A DNA stretch of 64,000 nucleotides. It comes from Crocinitomicaceae bacterium (lineage in GTDB: Bacteria; Bacteroidota; Bacteroidia; Flavobacteriales_D; Crocinitomicaceae). The stretch is from assembly GCA_023268965.1 (NCBI GenBank), contig JALRJE010000016.1:34279-98278 (forward strand), written 5' to 3'. How positions within the stretch are numbered: position 1 is the stretch's first letter; every line of letters begins with the position of its first letter. Both the position numbers and the translations under genes were made by a program. Below are positions 1 to 9,024 of this stretch, in pieces. Below the pieces are notes generated by a model. That model was given only the letters and a program-made list of their open reading frames with translations. It ran no database searches and was not told where the DNA came from.

Positions 1-1831
1 GACGCTGTGCATCTAGCTGACGCCAACCAATGAAAAAAGAAGTTGGAACGCTTATTTTTTGTGTGTCTGTAAAGTAATAAGGAACAAAAACACCACGTTC
101 ATCGCCGTATAAAGGCGTGCGTGGAAAAAAGACATCATCCTCGTAGAGCAAGCTGTCAGGCTGGCCGTTATCATTACTCCAAATGCTTAGTAAGAATAGT
201 TTAGAAGAGACATCGACAACAGAGGGCACAAAATGAATAGCAACCCCGACCAAAGAATCTGCCTCGTAGGCATTGTATTCAATGGCCAACCTTGCTTGAA
301 CACCAGTAGGTCCAAAAGCAGCCTCTGCACTTCCGTCGTCGTAGCTATAAAAATTATAAAATGATTGGTTAAAACTGGTCGTATCGTTAAGCGTCAGGTT
401 TGGAAACTGAACGCTTACTTCACCCCTGACCTTAAATAGTTGTTGGTTACCGGCCATATTTGTTGGAAAAGAACCAAATGAGCTCAAGTCATGGGTAGTA
501 AAGTAGGTGGTTGTTGGTTCATAATTTAAATCGCCCGCCGACAAAAGGCTACCTGGAATGGAGAATTGATTGATTTGATTGCCCACATAATCGATCGCAA
601 ACTGCCCAGCAATTTGATTGTTTTCAGGAGTAGTACTTCCATTGTGAAGTGCAATAGGAAAATCATTTCGAAATGCCTTGGGTGTATTTTTATAATGATC
701 CCATGGAACAGAGGTATAATCTGGCAAAATTGAATTGAGCGGATAAACCCACGCAAAATCTTTGAACAAGGTGTCGGCCAAATTAGACTGTGCACGTAGA
801 TGAACGTAGTCTATATGAAAATGATCTAGAGCTCCTGATAGAGCACCGTAGTTTGAGAATCTAAATTGGAAGCCTTTTTTGAAATATTTTGCTGCCAAAA
901 CCGGCAAGTGCACCACTTTAAACGGCGTGGTCGAATCACCGGCCGCGGACCACACTTGGATCCATTGGTCTAGTTCTTTGGCATAAAACTCCAAACGCAA
1001 AGAATCTGTGGCTTCGGGTGTATCGCCCCAACCCTCCGCTTGAAATAAAAAAGAAAAGTAAATCGAATCGGCAGCGGTGTAAGGGCTGAGGTCGAGCGGT
1101 TTTGAATGCAGATAATCGGCGGTATTGGTCAGCGACGTACCAATAGCATAAGGGTAACCATTTGCGTTGAGGCCGTCAAAAGTAACTACACCCAAAGAGC
1201 GAGGCGAGACGCCAAAACGGCGATTTAAATAAGCGTGATCGTCTAACCAAATTGCAGAGGGATCATTGAGTGTGGCAAAGAAAATGCGGACGGAGTCTTG
1301 AATAAAACTAGGGTTCTGCACCCAAACGGTATCGGGCGTATCAGGAACACCAATGGTATCGTAAATATAGTAAGGCGGATATAGATTTAATGTCTGGTAG
1401 GAAAGCGGAAACGAAGAGAAATCTGCAACTTTCACTGAGGTCGAAGCAAAAATGGAATCTGTAAATGTACTGGCCGAGATGTCAAAAGTTCGACGAAAAG
1501 TTTCTTGTTCCGTAAAGGTTGCTGCTGGATCAAGGGCTGTGAGTGTACCGGGGTCGAGTAAATGGAAGTAAACAGTGGAGCTCACCCCCGGGTCATTGAA
1601 TTGCGCGTTGTATTTCTGAAATTTATTGGTCGAAAACTCATCAAAAAATGGCAGGCTCAACGTATCGGGCGTATAAAAAAACGAACTGTCAATGCTATGA
1701 CTCGTGCTTTTTTGAATAGGACGCTCGGGTTTCAATTCAAAATTTCTTGTTAGTGGAGCAATTTCAATTCCTTGCGACCAGGTAGTGGTAGACAAACAAA
1801 CAATTGAAAATATGAATAGTAAGCGCATCAT
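1..1831 (-). CDS. Large secreted hypothetical protein, N-terminal ~610 aa (3' end lies beyond left window edge)
   Basis: My reverse-complement translation from ATG-ATG at 1831/1828 stays open to position 1 (MMRLLFIFSIVCLSTTTWSQGIEIAPLTRNFELKPER...FIGWRQLDAQR). It is absent from the ORF track only because its stop is outside the window. It has a signal peptide with Gln at predicted +1 and starts 3 nt after the stop of the upstream PASTA gene. No catalytic motif recognised. Confidence 0.7.
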   Translation of the reverse strand, partial: MMRLLFIFSIVCLSTTTWSQGIEIAPLTRNFELKPERPIQKSTSHSIDSSFFYTPDTLSLPFFDEFSTNKFQKYNAQFNDPGVSSTVYFHLLDPGTLTALDPAATFTEQETFRRTFDISASTFTDSIFASTSVKVADFSSFPLSYQTLNLYPPYYIYDTIGVPDTPDTVWVQNPSFIQDSVRIFFATLNDPSAIWLDDHAYLNRRFGVSPRSLGVVTFDGLNANGYPYAIGTSLTNTADYLHSKPLDLSPYTAADSIYFSFLFQAEGWGDTPEATDSLRLEFYAKELDQWIQVWSAAGDSTTPFKVVHLPVLAAKYFKKGFQFRFSNYGALSGALDHFHIDYVHLRAQSNLADTLFKDFAWVYPLNSILPDYTSVPWDHYKNTPKAFRNDFPIALHNGSTTPENNQIAGQFAIDYVGNQINQFSIPGSLLSAGDLNYEPTTTYFTTHDLSSFGSFPTNMAGNQQLFKVRGEVSVQFPNLTLNDTTSFNQSFYNFYSYDDGSAEAAFGPTGVQARLAIEYNAYEADSLVGVAIHFVPSVVDVSSKLFLLSIWSNDNGQPDSLLYEDDVFFPRTPLYGDERGVFVPYYFTDTQKISVPTSFFIGWRQLDAQR

Positions 1832-1834
1832 TCG

Positions 1835-2656
1835 TTAAGGATTTTGACCGTCTCCTCTTTTTTGCATGGAGAGAATAAACTGAGTAGACTTAAAAACGGT
1901 AGTTCCTTCTAAATATTCTGGAGATTGCGAAAAAATTCGGGCTGCTGCAGAATCTTGGCTGGTGAGGCAATCCGGACAAATAAATGTGTATGCGCTGACC
2001 CCCAATGTATCGAAAATAAGCCTGGCTTCTGACATCGTTAAACCCAAGAGGTTAGGCAAAACAATAGGCTCGTCTTCGTCGTTTTGACCTACGATTAAGG
2101 TAACTACCGACCCTATTGGTAGCGGGTCGCCTTCTTTGATTCGTCGGCCTTTGTAGCGTTGGTCTAAAACAGAACCATTTGCCTCGGCTGTAGGTTGATA
2201 TTGAATAATGAAACGCAAGCCTCGTTGCTCAAGGATACTTTGAGCAAACTGAATTTGCTTGTGAAGTAGGCTCGGCATTTCGACGAGTTGGTTTCTTTTG
2301 GAAAGTCGCAATCCAATTATCCTGCCTGACTTTACATAAACCTGAGAAAGAGAGGTGGGTTCTACAAGCTGTTCAACAACTGTGCCTTCGGGTAATTTTG
2401 GATCGTAGATACTGTCAAGTATTTGGTATGTGAGGTCGAGCGTTTCAATTCGTTGCTTTGCTTTTTGACTTGACATGCCAACAAGGTTAGGAACCGCAAT
2501 TTTTTCACCATGGTTGGTGGCAAAATCTAAGTAAAGTATGTTGGCAAATACCATGACTAAATAGAACAACAGTACCAGACCAAAATGCTTCCAAAAGTGT
2601 TTTGTCTTCACAAAAGGAATGATCAGCTTGAGCGTACTTTTGATTTTTTCCCACAT
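1835..2656 (-). CDS. PASTA domain-containing membrane protein (three PASTA-like repeats, no kinase or PBP domain)
   Basis: N-terminal TM segment (FGLVLLFYLVMVFANILYL). Three ~65-aa repeats follow, each opening with VPNLVGM / MPSLLHK / LPNLLGL and then a helix plus GL motif, as in PASTA domains. Confidence 0.75.
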   Translation of the reverse strand: MWEKIKSTLKLIIPFVKTKHFWKHFGLVLLFYLVMVFANILYLDFATNHGEKIAVPNLVGMSSQKAKQRIETLDLTYQILDSIYDPKLPEGTVVEQLVEPTSLSQVYVKSGRIIGLRLSKRNQLVEMPSLLHKQIQFAQSILEQRGLRFIIQYQPTAEANGSVLDQRYKGRRIKEGDPLPIGSVVTLIVGQNDEDEPIVLPNLLGLTMSEARLIFDTLGVSAYTFICPDCLTSQDSAAARIFSQSPEYLEGTTVFKSTQFILSMQKRGDGQNP

Positions 2657-2686
2657 AGCGTATTGGTAAGTGTTTTACAAAGATGC

Positions 2687-3367
2687 TTAGAAATTTGGAG
2701 AAAGCGCGTGCGAACGAAAGAAGTCATCTATAAATGCAAGCGCTTCATCAGATGAGTCCGTCAATTTAAACAAGGATAAATCTGAGGCAGAGATAAACCC
2801 CTCCTTGAGCTGAACATTTTGAATCCAGTCAAAAAGTCCACTCCAATAGGCTGTGCCTAACAAAACAATTGGGCGTCTGGCTATCTTTTTAGTTTGAATG
2901 AGGGTCATGGCCTCAAATAATTCATCTAGCGTTCCAAATCCACCGGGCATAATAACGAAGGCCTGAGAATACTTGACAAATATGACTTTTCTTACAAAGA
3001 AATAATCAAATTCAAGGTAATGGTCTCTGTCGATATAAATATTGTGAAACTGTTCAAAAGGTAAGTCAATATTTAAGCCTACCGACACCCCCTCCCCTTG
3101 TTTGGCGCCTTTATTACCCGCCTCCATGATTCCCGGACCTCCGCCGGTAATAACGCCATAGCCTGCACGTGCTAATTTCTCGCCAACCTCTACAGCCTGC
3201 AAATAGTGAGGGTGCGTTGGCTTGGTTCTAGCAGATCCGAAGATAGCCACGCACGGGCCCGCTTTGGCCATTTTATCGTAGGCTTCGACAAATTCAGCCA
3301 TGATTTTAAAAATAGACCAACTATCGTTACTCTTGATTTCAGACCAATCCTTGCGTTGATTTTCCAT
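2687..3367 (-). CDS. LOG family protein (TIGR00730-type Rossmann protein; cytokinin riboside 5'-monophosphate phosphoribohydrolase-like)
   Basis: Carries the hallmark motifs GGGPGIMEAGNKGA and PGGFGTLDELFE. Length of 226 aa is typical. Confidence 0.9.
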   Translation of the reverse strand: MENQRKDWSEIKSNDSWSIFKIMAEFVEAYDKMAKAGPCVAIFGSARTKPTHPHYLQAVEVGEKLARAGYGVITGGGPGIMEAGNKGAKQGEGVSVGLNIDLPFEQFHNIYIDRDHYLEFDYFFVRKVIFVKYSQAFVIMPGGFGTLDELFEAMTLIQTKKIARRPIVLLGTAYWSGLFDWIQNVQLKEGFISASDLSLFKLTDSSDEALAFIDDFFRSHALSPNF

Positions 3368-3376
3368 TTTTGTCGT

Positions 3377-4459
3377 TTATTTTTGAACGGTTACCTCAAA
3401 AAGCTTGGGCCAGTATTTCCCGGTCATTAGAAGTTGACCATTAACAGGGTTGTATGCGATGCCATTGAGTACTTCACCATTGCCCTTTCCGGCAGCAACT
3501 AAGTTACTGGCATCGATGAGTGCGATGACGCGCCCGAGGACGGGCTCGATAACCGCCACAAAATTAGTGGTATAAATATTAGCGTAAATGAGCCCATCTA
3601 CGTACTCAAGTTCATTAAGTTGTGACAACGGACCTTGATCTGTGTAGACCTCCACACTGCGAATAGTCTGAAAAGTATTTGGGTCTCTAAAAGTGAGCCT
3701 TTCGGTACCATCAGACATAATGAGTTGCTTTCCGTCCGAACACAAGCCCCAACCCTCTCCTGAGTAGCTGAGTTCCTTCCTTAGTTGAAAAGTTTGAACA
3801 TCATAGACAAAACACTGTTGGTTTTTCCAGGTAAGCTGATAAATTTGATCATTTAAAATGGCAATACCCTCACCAAATTTACTCGCATCCAATTTTTGTT
3901 GAAAGGTGGTCGTACCGTCCTTCATTACCGCTCCGGTATTGATATCGATCTTAGCTACCATTGAACTACCGTCTTGATTAGGGTCTCCAGTAGATTCAAA
4001 AAGGGCACCTTTCCAAAAAGTAAGGCCTTGCGTATAATTATTGGTGTTATGCGAGAAGGAAGCACCCAACTTCAAAGACCATCTTTGCGTTTTGATATCG
4101 GATAGAATACGTAAATTACCCTGTACCGAATAGGTATTTCCACTCGGGTCATTTACTTGTAAGTCAAGCAAATATGCCCCCGGTTTTAGTGTTTTGGTGT
4201 TGATTTGATACGATTCTTTTTTCTTCGGATTTTTTATTTCAAGCACCACTGAATCTGCGATTTTCAACACAAGATTGGTGCTGTTTTCCAAGATCTCTAG
4301 CGGTACCGTAGCAGTTTGCCCGTAGGCAACGACCAAACTTTCATCGAAACCAAAAGAGGCGGACTGACCTGTGGTATCAGAAGCAGCAGTATTAATTATT
4401 GGCACTAAAAAGCCTATCAAAAGACCAAGTACCAGCATCCAAATAATTACTTTTTTCAT
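3377..4459 (-). CDS. Glutaminyl-peptide cyclotransferase, beta-propeller (plant/bacterial type I) with N-terminal anchor and ~110-aa beta-sandwich-like extension
   Basis: The C-terminal 240 aa read like Glu_cyclase_2 proteins (GLTFWKGALFESTG, FGEGIAILNDQIYQLTWK, GEGWGLCSDGKQLIMSDG, LNELEYVDGLIYANI, LNGIAY...LMTGKYWPKLFEV). N-terminal hydrophobic anchor MKKVIIWMLVLGLLIGFLV. Confidence 0.8.
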   Translation of the reverse strand: MKKVIIWMLVLGLLIGFLVPIINTAASDTTGQSASFGFDESLVVAYGQTATVPLEILENSTNLVLKIADSVVLEIKNPKKKESYQINTKTLKPGAYLLDLQVNDPSGNTYSVQGNLRILSDIKTQRWSLKLGASFSHNTNNYTQGLTFWKGALFESTGDPNQDGSSMVAKIDINTGAVMKDGTTTFQQKLDASKFGEGIAILNDQIYQLTWKNQQCFVYDVQTFQLRKELSYSGEGWGLCSDGKQLIMSDGTERLTFRDPNTFQTIRSVEVYTDQGPLSQLNELEYVDGLIYANIYTTNFVAVIEPVLGRVIALIDASNLVAAGKGNGEVLNGIAYNPVNGQLLMTGKYWPKLFEVTVQK

Positions 4460-4797
4460 TTGTTGAGTATCGAAGATTGAATGGTTTTGGCATCGATGGC
4501 TCCGTGGCTTTCTGCATATACGACTTGACCTTTGTCAATTACAATACACTGAGGCGATTCATGCCATACCTGTGTTTCGGAAGCTATAAAATTAGAAAGC
4601 TCTCTAAAAGCGATTAAATCTAAGAACCAACAAGGCATTAGTGCTGACTTAAATAAATCCGTTCCTTCGAGCCGATTCAAAACCATAGCAGAAATTGAAC
4701 AACGCGTACTATGTTTAAAGAGCAGTTGTGGTGTCGTTTGGGATGCCTCGAGGAGTTCTATCCAATGGGCTTCTGTTTGAAATGCCAACCAACTCAT
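4456..4797 (-). CDS. ytxJ: YtxJ-like monothiol thioredoxin-fold protein (bacillithiol system redox protein family)
   Basis: 113 aa with the single-Cys motif HSTRCSIS in the position of the YtxJ TCPIS motif. Has 4-nt overlaps with pheS upstream and the cyclotransferase gene downstream. Confidence 0.7.
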   Translation of the reverse strand: MSWLAFQTEAHWIELLEASQTTPQLLFKHSTRCSISAMVLNRLEGTDLFKSALMPCWFLDLIAFRELSNFIASETQVWHESPQCIVIDKGQVVYAESHGAIDAKTIQSSILNK

Positions 4798-5813
4798 GCG
4801 ATACCTGATTTAAATTGACGTAAAAAACGCGCATCATTTTCAGAATAGAGGCGTAAGTCGCTTACCCTAAATTTGAGTTGTGCAATGCGTTCCACACCCA
4901 TTCCAAAGGCAAATCCAGAGTAAGTTTGGGAATCGATTCCGCAGGCATCTAGTACATTGGGATCTACCATTCCACAGCCCATGATCTCTAACCAGCCTGT
5001 ATACTTGCAAACATTACATCCTTTCGCTGCACATAATGAGCAAGAAACATCGACCTCAGCGCTCGGTTCTGTAAATGGAAAATAAGACGGGCGCAACCGT
5101 ATTTGGGTGTCGGCGCCAAACAGCGCTTGTGCAAAATATAATAAAGTCTGTTTGAGGTCGGCAAACGATACATTTTTGTCGATATAAAGCCCCTCGACTT
5201 GATGGAAAAAACAATGAGCACGAGCAGAAATGGCCTCGTTTCTGTATACGCGCCCTGGAGATATGGTTCTGATCGGTGGTGCCTGGTTTTCCATCACGCG
5301 AACCTGAACGCTGCTCGTGTGCGTGCGCAACGCTAACTCTTGTGCTCCCTTTTGAATAAAAAAAGTGTCTTGCATGTCTCGGGCTGGATGCTCTGGTGCA
5401 AAATTCAACGCACTAAAATTATGCCAGTCATCTTCAATTTCCGGACCCTCGGATACCACAAACCCCACTCGATTAAAAATTTCGATGATTTCTCTCCGAA
5501 TCAAGGAAAGCGGATGGTGTGCGCCTACTTTCGCATCGCCTCCTGGCTTGCTGAGATCTTCTGCCGGCCCCGTGCTTCTTACTTCGGTCATTGCTGCTTT
5601 AGCCCCATGAAAAATTTGTTCTGCCTGCTCTTTAAGGGCATTGACTTGCTGGCCATAAGCGCGCTTTTGGTCAGTGGGGATGTTTTTAATAGCGGCGTAC
5701 AAATCTTTAAGCACATTTTTCGAACCCAAAAACCGGATTCGAAATTGTTCCAAGGCTTGTTCGTCTTGTAGTTGGACGCTATTTAATTCGAGTGATAATT
5801 CTTCAATACTCAT
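4794..5813 (-). CDS. pheS: Phenylalanine--tRNA ligase alpha subunit
   Basis: Class II aaRS motifs FPFTEPSAEVDV and GFAFGMGVERIA. 339 aa. Confidence 0.97.
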   Translation of the reverse strand: MSIEELSLELNSVQLQDEQALEQFRIRFLGSKNVLKDLYAAIKNIPTDQKRAYGQQVNALKEQAEQIFHGAKAAMTEVRSTGPAEDLSKPGGDAKVGAHHPLSLIRREIIEIFNRVGFVVSEGPEIEDDWHNFSALNFAPEHPARDMQDTFFIQKGAQELALRTHTSSVQVRVMENQAPPIRTISPGRVYRNEAISARAHCFFHQVEGLYIDKNVSFADLKQTLLYFAQALFGADTQIRLRPSYFPFTEPSAEVDVSCSLCAAKGCNVCKYTGWLEIMGCGMVDPNVLDACGIDSQTYSGFAFGMGVERIAQLKFRVSDLRLYSENDARFLRQFKSGIA

Positions 5814-5870
5814 TTTTAAACGGTTCTATTGTAACCTTTTGCTGCTTCTTGTTGTTTAACAAGATAAATC

Positions 5871-6275
5871 TTGGTGTTCATGCAAATGTACGAGAAAAAA
5901 AACCTGATGCATACAGCTAGAATCGCATTTCTATCCATGCTGACCATTGTATTTTTAATGGCTTCATGTAAAGAATCTTCTCCAACAACATTGGAAGTGA
6001 CGGTAGTTGACGCGAATGGTACAGTAATTTCGGAGGCCAAAGTTTGGCTAGAAGCAGAACCCACAGACACCACCCACAACGCTATAGCTGTTGAAGACAG
6101 CACCGTCTCAAACAATGTAGGTAAGGCCTATTTTGACCTCACCAAGTTTTATAAACCCGGGCAAATTGGGGTTATGCAAATAAAAGTAAAGGGCTTCTAT
6201 TTTGGCCTCACAGGAGAAGCACTTGCAGAAATTACGGAACTGGAGCGCAATCAAGTTCTGCTTCAATTACAATAA
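5871..6275 (+). CDS. Small lipoprotein, paralog 1 of a tandem trio (carboxypeptidase-regulatory-like beta-sandwich suspected)
   Basis: Lipobox-like FLMASC followed by LEVTVVDANGTVISEAKVWL...VSNNVGKAYFDL, which aligns by eye with the two following genes. The true start may be an internal Met (5886 or 5907). Confidence 0.6.
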   Translation: MVFMQMYEKKNLMHTARIAFLSMLTIVFLMASCKESSPTTLEVTVVDANGTVISEAKVWLEAEPTDTTHNAIAVEDSTVSNNVGKAYFDLTKFYKPGQIGVMQIKVKGFYFGLTGEALAEITELERNQVLLQLQ

Positions 6276-6332
6276 ACGCGGGTCATAGAAGTTTTAAAAT
6301 ATAAAAATTAAAATGTAAATTTGAAACATTCA

Positions 6333-6710
6333 ATGTCTATGAAAACTATTTTAACCAGCTTTTTTGCACTTTCATTGCTTATGCTCTTGGGTGCTTGTGA
6401 ACCCAAAGACCCTGCCATCATTAAGGTCTTTGTAAGGTCTTCGTCTAATCAGCTTATCGATGGAGCTAAGGTCATAATTATTGGTGATCAGCAATCTACG
6501 CCAGCTACACTCGCTTTTGTAGACACTACCTTCACAAACTCTTCGGGCTTCACGACCTTCGACATGGACCCCTACTTCTCGATTGCAGGTGAATCCAACA
6601 AAACCGGTTACTTTGACATTATAGTCAAATACAATAACAAAACAGCCTACGGTTATACGCGTGCTAAAGTGCACACAACAGCTGTTGAAACCATCTATCT
6701 ACCCAACTAA
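6333..6710 (+). CDS. Small lipoprotein, paralog 2 of tandem trio
   Basis: Signal plus lipobox LLMLLGAC, then IKVFVRSSSNQLIDGAKVIIIG...FTNSSGFTTFDM. The track start at 6321 is TTG, so I prefer the ATG at 6333 (or 6339). Confidence 0.65.
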   Translation: MSMKTILTSFFALSLLMLLGACEPKDPAIIKVFVRSSSNQLIDGAKVIIIGDQQSTPATLAFVDTTFTNSSGFTTFDMDPYFSIAGESNKTGYFDIIVKYNNKTAYGYTRAKVHTTAVETIYLPN

Positions 6711-6715
6711 TTCAC

Positions 6716-7084
6716 ATGAAAAAAATACTCTTCTTAGCCCTAGCGGCAACTTCACTCGTTTCTTTGAGTGCTTGTCACAAAAAAATGGATACCGTTGCGC
6801 ATATTTATGTGAAAGACGAAACCAATGCCAGTGTATCCAATGCAATGGTTGTTTTGTATGGTACCAATACCCAACAGACACCTCAACAAGTAGCTGTTTT
6901 TGATACGGCCTACACCAACGCCAACGGATTGGCAACCTTCAATTACAATGAGCTCTATCAACTTGGGCAAGCGGGTGTTGCAGTGCTCGACATCAAAGCA
7001 CAAAAAGGGAACAAAATTGGTCAAGGTATCATCAAAATTGAGGCTGAAAAAGTGAACGAAGAGACGGTTTTTATACAGCCTTAG
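6716..7084 (+). CDS. Small lipoprotein, paralog 3 of tandem trio
   Basis: MKKILFLALAATSLVSLSAC lipobox, then HIYVKDETNASVSNAMVVLYG...YTNANGLATFNY. Same architecture and length as the two preceding genes. Confidence 0.7.
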   Translation: MKKILFLALAATSLVSLSACHKKMDTVAHIYVKDETNASVSNAMVVLYGTNTQQTPQQVAVFDTAYTNANGLATFNYNELYQLGQAGVAVLDIKAQKGNKIGQGIIKIEAEKVNEETVFIQP

Positions 7085-7090
7085 TCTAAG

Positions 7091-7402
7091 TCAAGCCACT
7101 ATTTTTCTTACCAAATTTTGTTGCGCACCAAGCACCTCATTGACATCGATAAATGGCTGTGCGCTTTCCGGAAAGCTGATCTCGTATTCAGTTATAAATC
7201 CAAGTTCAAAACGGCACATATAATCACTGGCCTCTATTGAGGATGCCTGCTGAATTTTTGATATAACCCCATTGAGTTGCGACATCTTAATGATCAACTT
7301 AGATTCATAGGTTAATGTATCATCTTGAATTCGGCCAACGAGCGTTACCTCCGGATCTTGGTTGTTAAACCAAATGTGTTGAATTGCAAATTTTTTATTC
7401 AT
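7091..7402 (-). CDS. Hypothetical protein (~103 aa)
   Basis: ORF with no recognisable motif. I prefer the MNKKFAIQHIW start (ATG at 7402) over the track start at 7432. Confidence 0.4.
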   Translation of the reverse strand: MNKKFAIQHIWFNNQDPEVTLVGRIQDDTLTYESKLIIKMSQLNGVISKIQQASSIEASDYMCRFELGFITEYEISFPESAQPFIDVNEVLGAQQNLVRKIVA

Positions 7403-7502
7403 GGTGTTTGTTTTGATGATACAAAGTTGCAATACATCATCGTAAACAATTTACGTTCATCTTTTGATCAAATTTTCAGTAATAATTCGCTAATTTTACA
7501 AC

Positions 7503-8285
7503 ATGTCTGAGGATCAGCCAATGTCGTTTTTAGATCACCTCGAGGAGTTGCGCTGGCGCTTACTTAGAGCAGCTGTTGCAGTAATCCTCTTTTCTATTGG
7601 CATTTGGACCTATCAAAGAGAAATCATGGAACATGTGTTTCTCAACATGGTAGACCCAGATTTCATAACCTTCAAACTGCTTTGTCAGTACCTCGGTGTA
7701 TGCGTGGAGCAAATCACTGTCGATTTCCAAAGCACCACACTAGCCGGACAATTTTCATACGCACTCATGATGAGTATTATGGGTGGAGTCGTTTTGGCAT
7801 TTCCCTTCATCTTTTACCAGCTTTGGGCTTTTGTCAAGCCTGGCCTAAAAGGCACTGAAAAACAAATGGCAAAAGGGATTGTCTTTTATGTAAGCGCTCT
7901 CTTTTTCTTGGGCATCCTTTTTGGATATTATGTCGTTGCCCCGTTGAGTGTTCAGTTTTTTGGAGCCTTTCAGATAACTCCTGAAATCAAAACCGACGTC
8001 ACTATTGCGTCATATATGAGCACCATTCTCTCCACAGTATTCTACACCGGATTGTTCTTTCTATTTCCCATTGTTACTTTTCTGCTTGTTAAAATTGGCT
8101 TATTTACGCCTGCTTTTTTAATCAAATACCGCAAACACGCTATTGTCCTCATTCTCGCTTTAGCAGCGGTCATTACGCCGCCAGATGTTATTTCACAAAT
8201 TATCGTCACTATACCCATTTATCTCCTTTTTGAAATCAGTATCTTGGTCGCCAAACGCGTATATCAATCAGCAAACCAATCCTAA
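7503..8285 (+). CDS. tatC: Twin-arginine translocase subunit TatC
   Basis: [16 protein letters not shown]-terminus, [14 protein letters not shown] motif and six hydrophobic segments. Confidence 0.93.
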   Translation: MSEDQPMSFLDHLEELRWRLLRAAVAVILFSIGIWTYQREIMEHVFLNMVDPDFITFKLLCQYLGVCVEQITVDFQSTTLAGQFSYALMMSIMGGVVLAFPFIFYQLWAFVKPGLKGTEKQMAKGIVFYVSALFFLGILFGYYVVAPLSVQFFGAFQITPEIKTDVTIASYMSTILSTVFYTGLFFLFPIVTFLLVKIGLFTPAFLIKYRKHAIVLILALAAVITPPDVISQIIVTIPIYLLFEISILVAKRVYQSANQS

Positions 8286-8292
8286 ACAAATC

Positions 8293-9021
8293 GTGAAACT
8301 CAGTACAATTGACATCAACAAAGCATACCGCGGAAGATCCGTCGTAAATGGCGTCAGTATTGAAGTCAATCAAGGAGAAATTGTAGGTTTATTGGGCCCT
8401 AATGGCGCCGGTAAAACAACCTCCTTTTACATGATGGTTGGCTTGGTAAAACCTGATTCAGGAAACGTATATCTCGATCAAACTGATATCACGAAGTTTC
8501 CAATGTATAAGCGTGCGCAACTTGGACTTGGCTATTTACCACAAGAAGTTTCCGTATTTCGAAAACTAAATGTAGAGGACAACATTATGGCCATATTAGA
8601 AATGGGGCCGCTTCCAAAAGCAGAGCGCGAGGCTAAACTCGAAAGTTTATTGAAGGAGTTCAACTTAGGCCATGTACGCAAAAACCTTGGTGACCGCCTC
8701 TCTGGTGGTGAAAAAAGACGAACAGAAATTGCCCGTGCACTAGCTACAGATCCTAAATTTGTACTTCTAGATGAACCCTTTGCCGGTGTTGACCCTATTG
8801 CAGTTGAAGACATTCAAGCCATTATTTCTGAACTTAAAAAACGCAATATCGGAATTCTCATTACCGATCATAACGTTCAAGAAACACTCTCAATTACAGA
8901 CAGAGCCTACCTCCTTTTTGAAGGAAAAATCTTAAAATCAGGTACCGCAAAAGAATTGGCCGCAGACGAACAAGTTCGCAAAGTATATTTAGGCCAAAAT
9001 TTTGTTTTGCGGAATACCTAA
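8293..9021 (+). CDS. lptB: LPS export ABC transporter ATP-binding protein LptB
   Basis: Walker [10 protein letters not shown], signature LSGGEKRR, Walker [14 protein letters not shown]. The track ORF (8185) overlaps tatC. A GTG at 8293 gives the ~242-aa LptB length ([14 protein letters not shown]...). Confidence 0.92.
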   Translation: MKLSTIDINKAYRGRSVVNGVSIEVNQGEIVGLLGPNGAGKTTSFYMMVGLVKPDSGNVYLDQTDITKFPMYKRAQLGLGYLPQEVSVFRKLNVEDNIMAILEMGPLPKAEREAKLESLLKEFNLGHVRKNLGDRLSGGEKRRTEIARALATDPKFVLLDEPFAGVDPIAVEDIQAIISELKKRNIGILITDHNVQETLSITDRAYLLFEGKILKSGTAKELAADEQVRKVYLGQNFVLRNT

Positions 9022-9024
9022 ACG

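Noticed and set aside
5340-5771. 143-aa and other ORFs antisense to pheS
   Set aside because: They lie entirely within a gene with unambiguous aaRS motifs on the other strand. They have no motifs and odd composition. The same reasoning applies to 5816..6115(-), 6372..6674(-), 6699..6935(-), 6752..7024(-), 16478..16909(+), 42576..43040(+) and 49764..50081(+).
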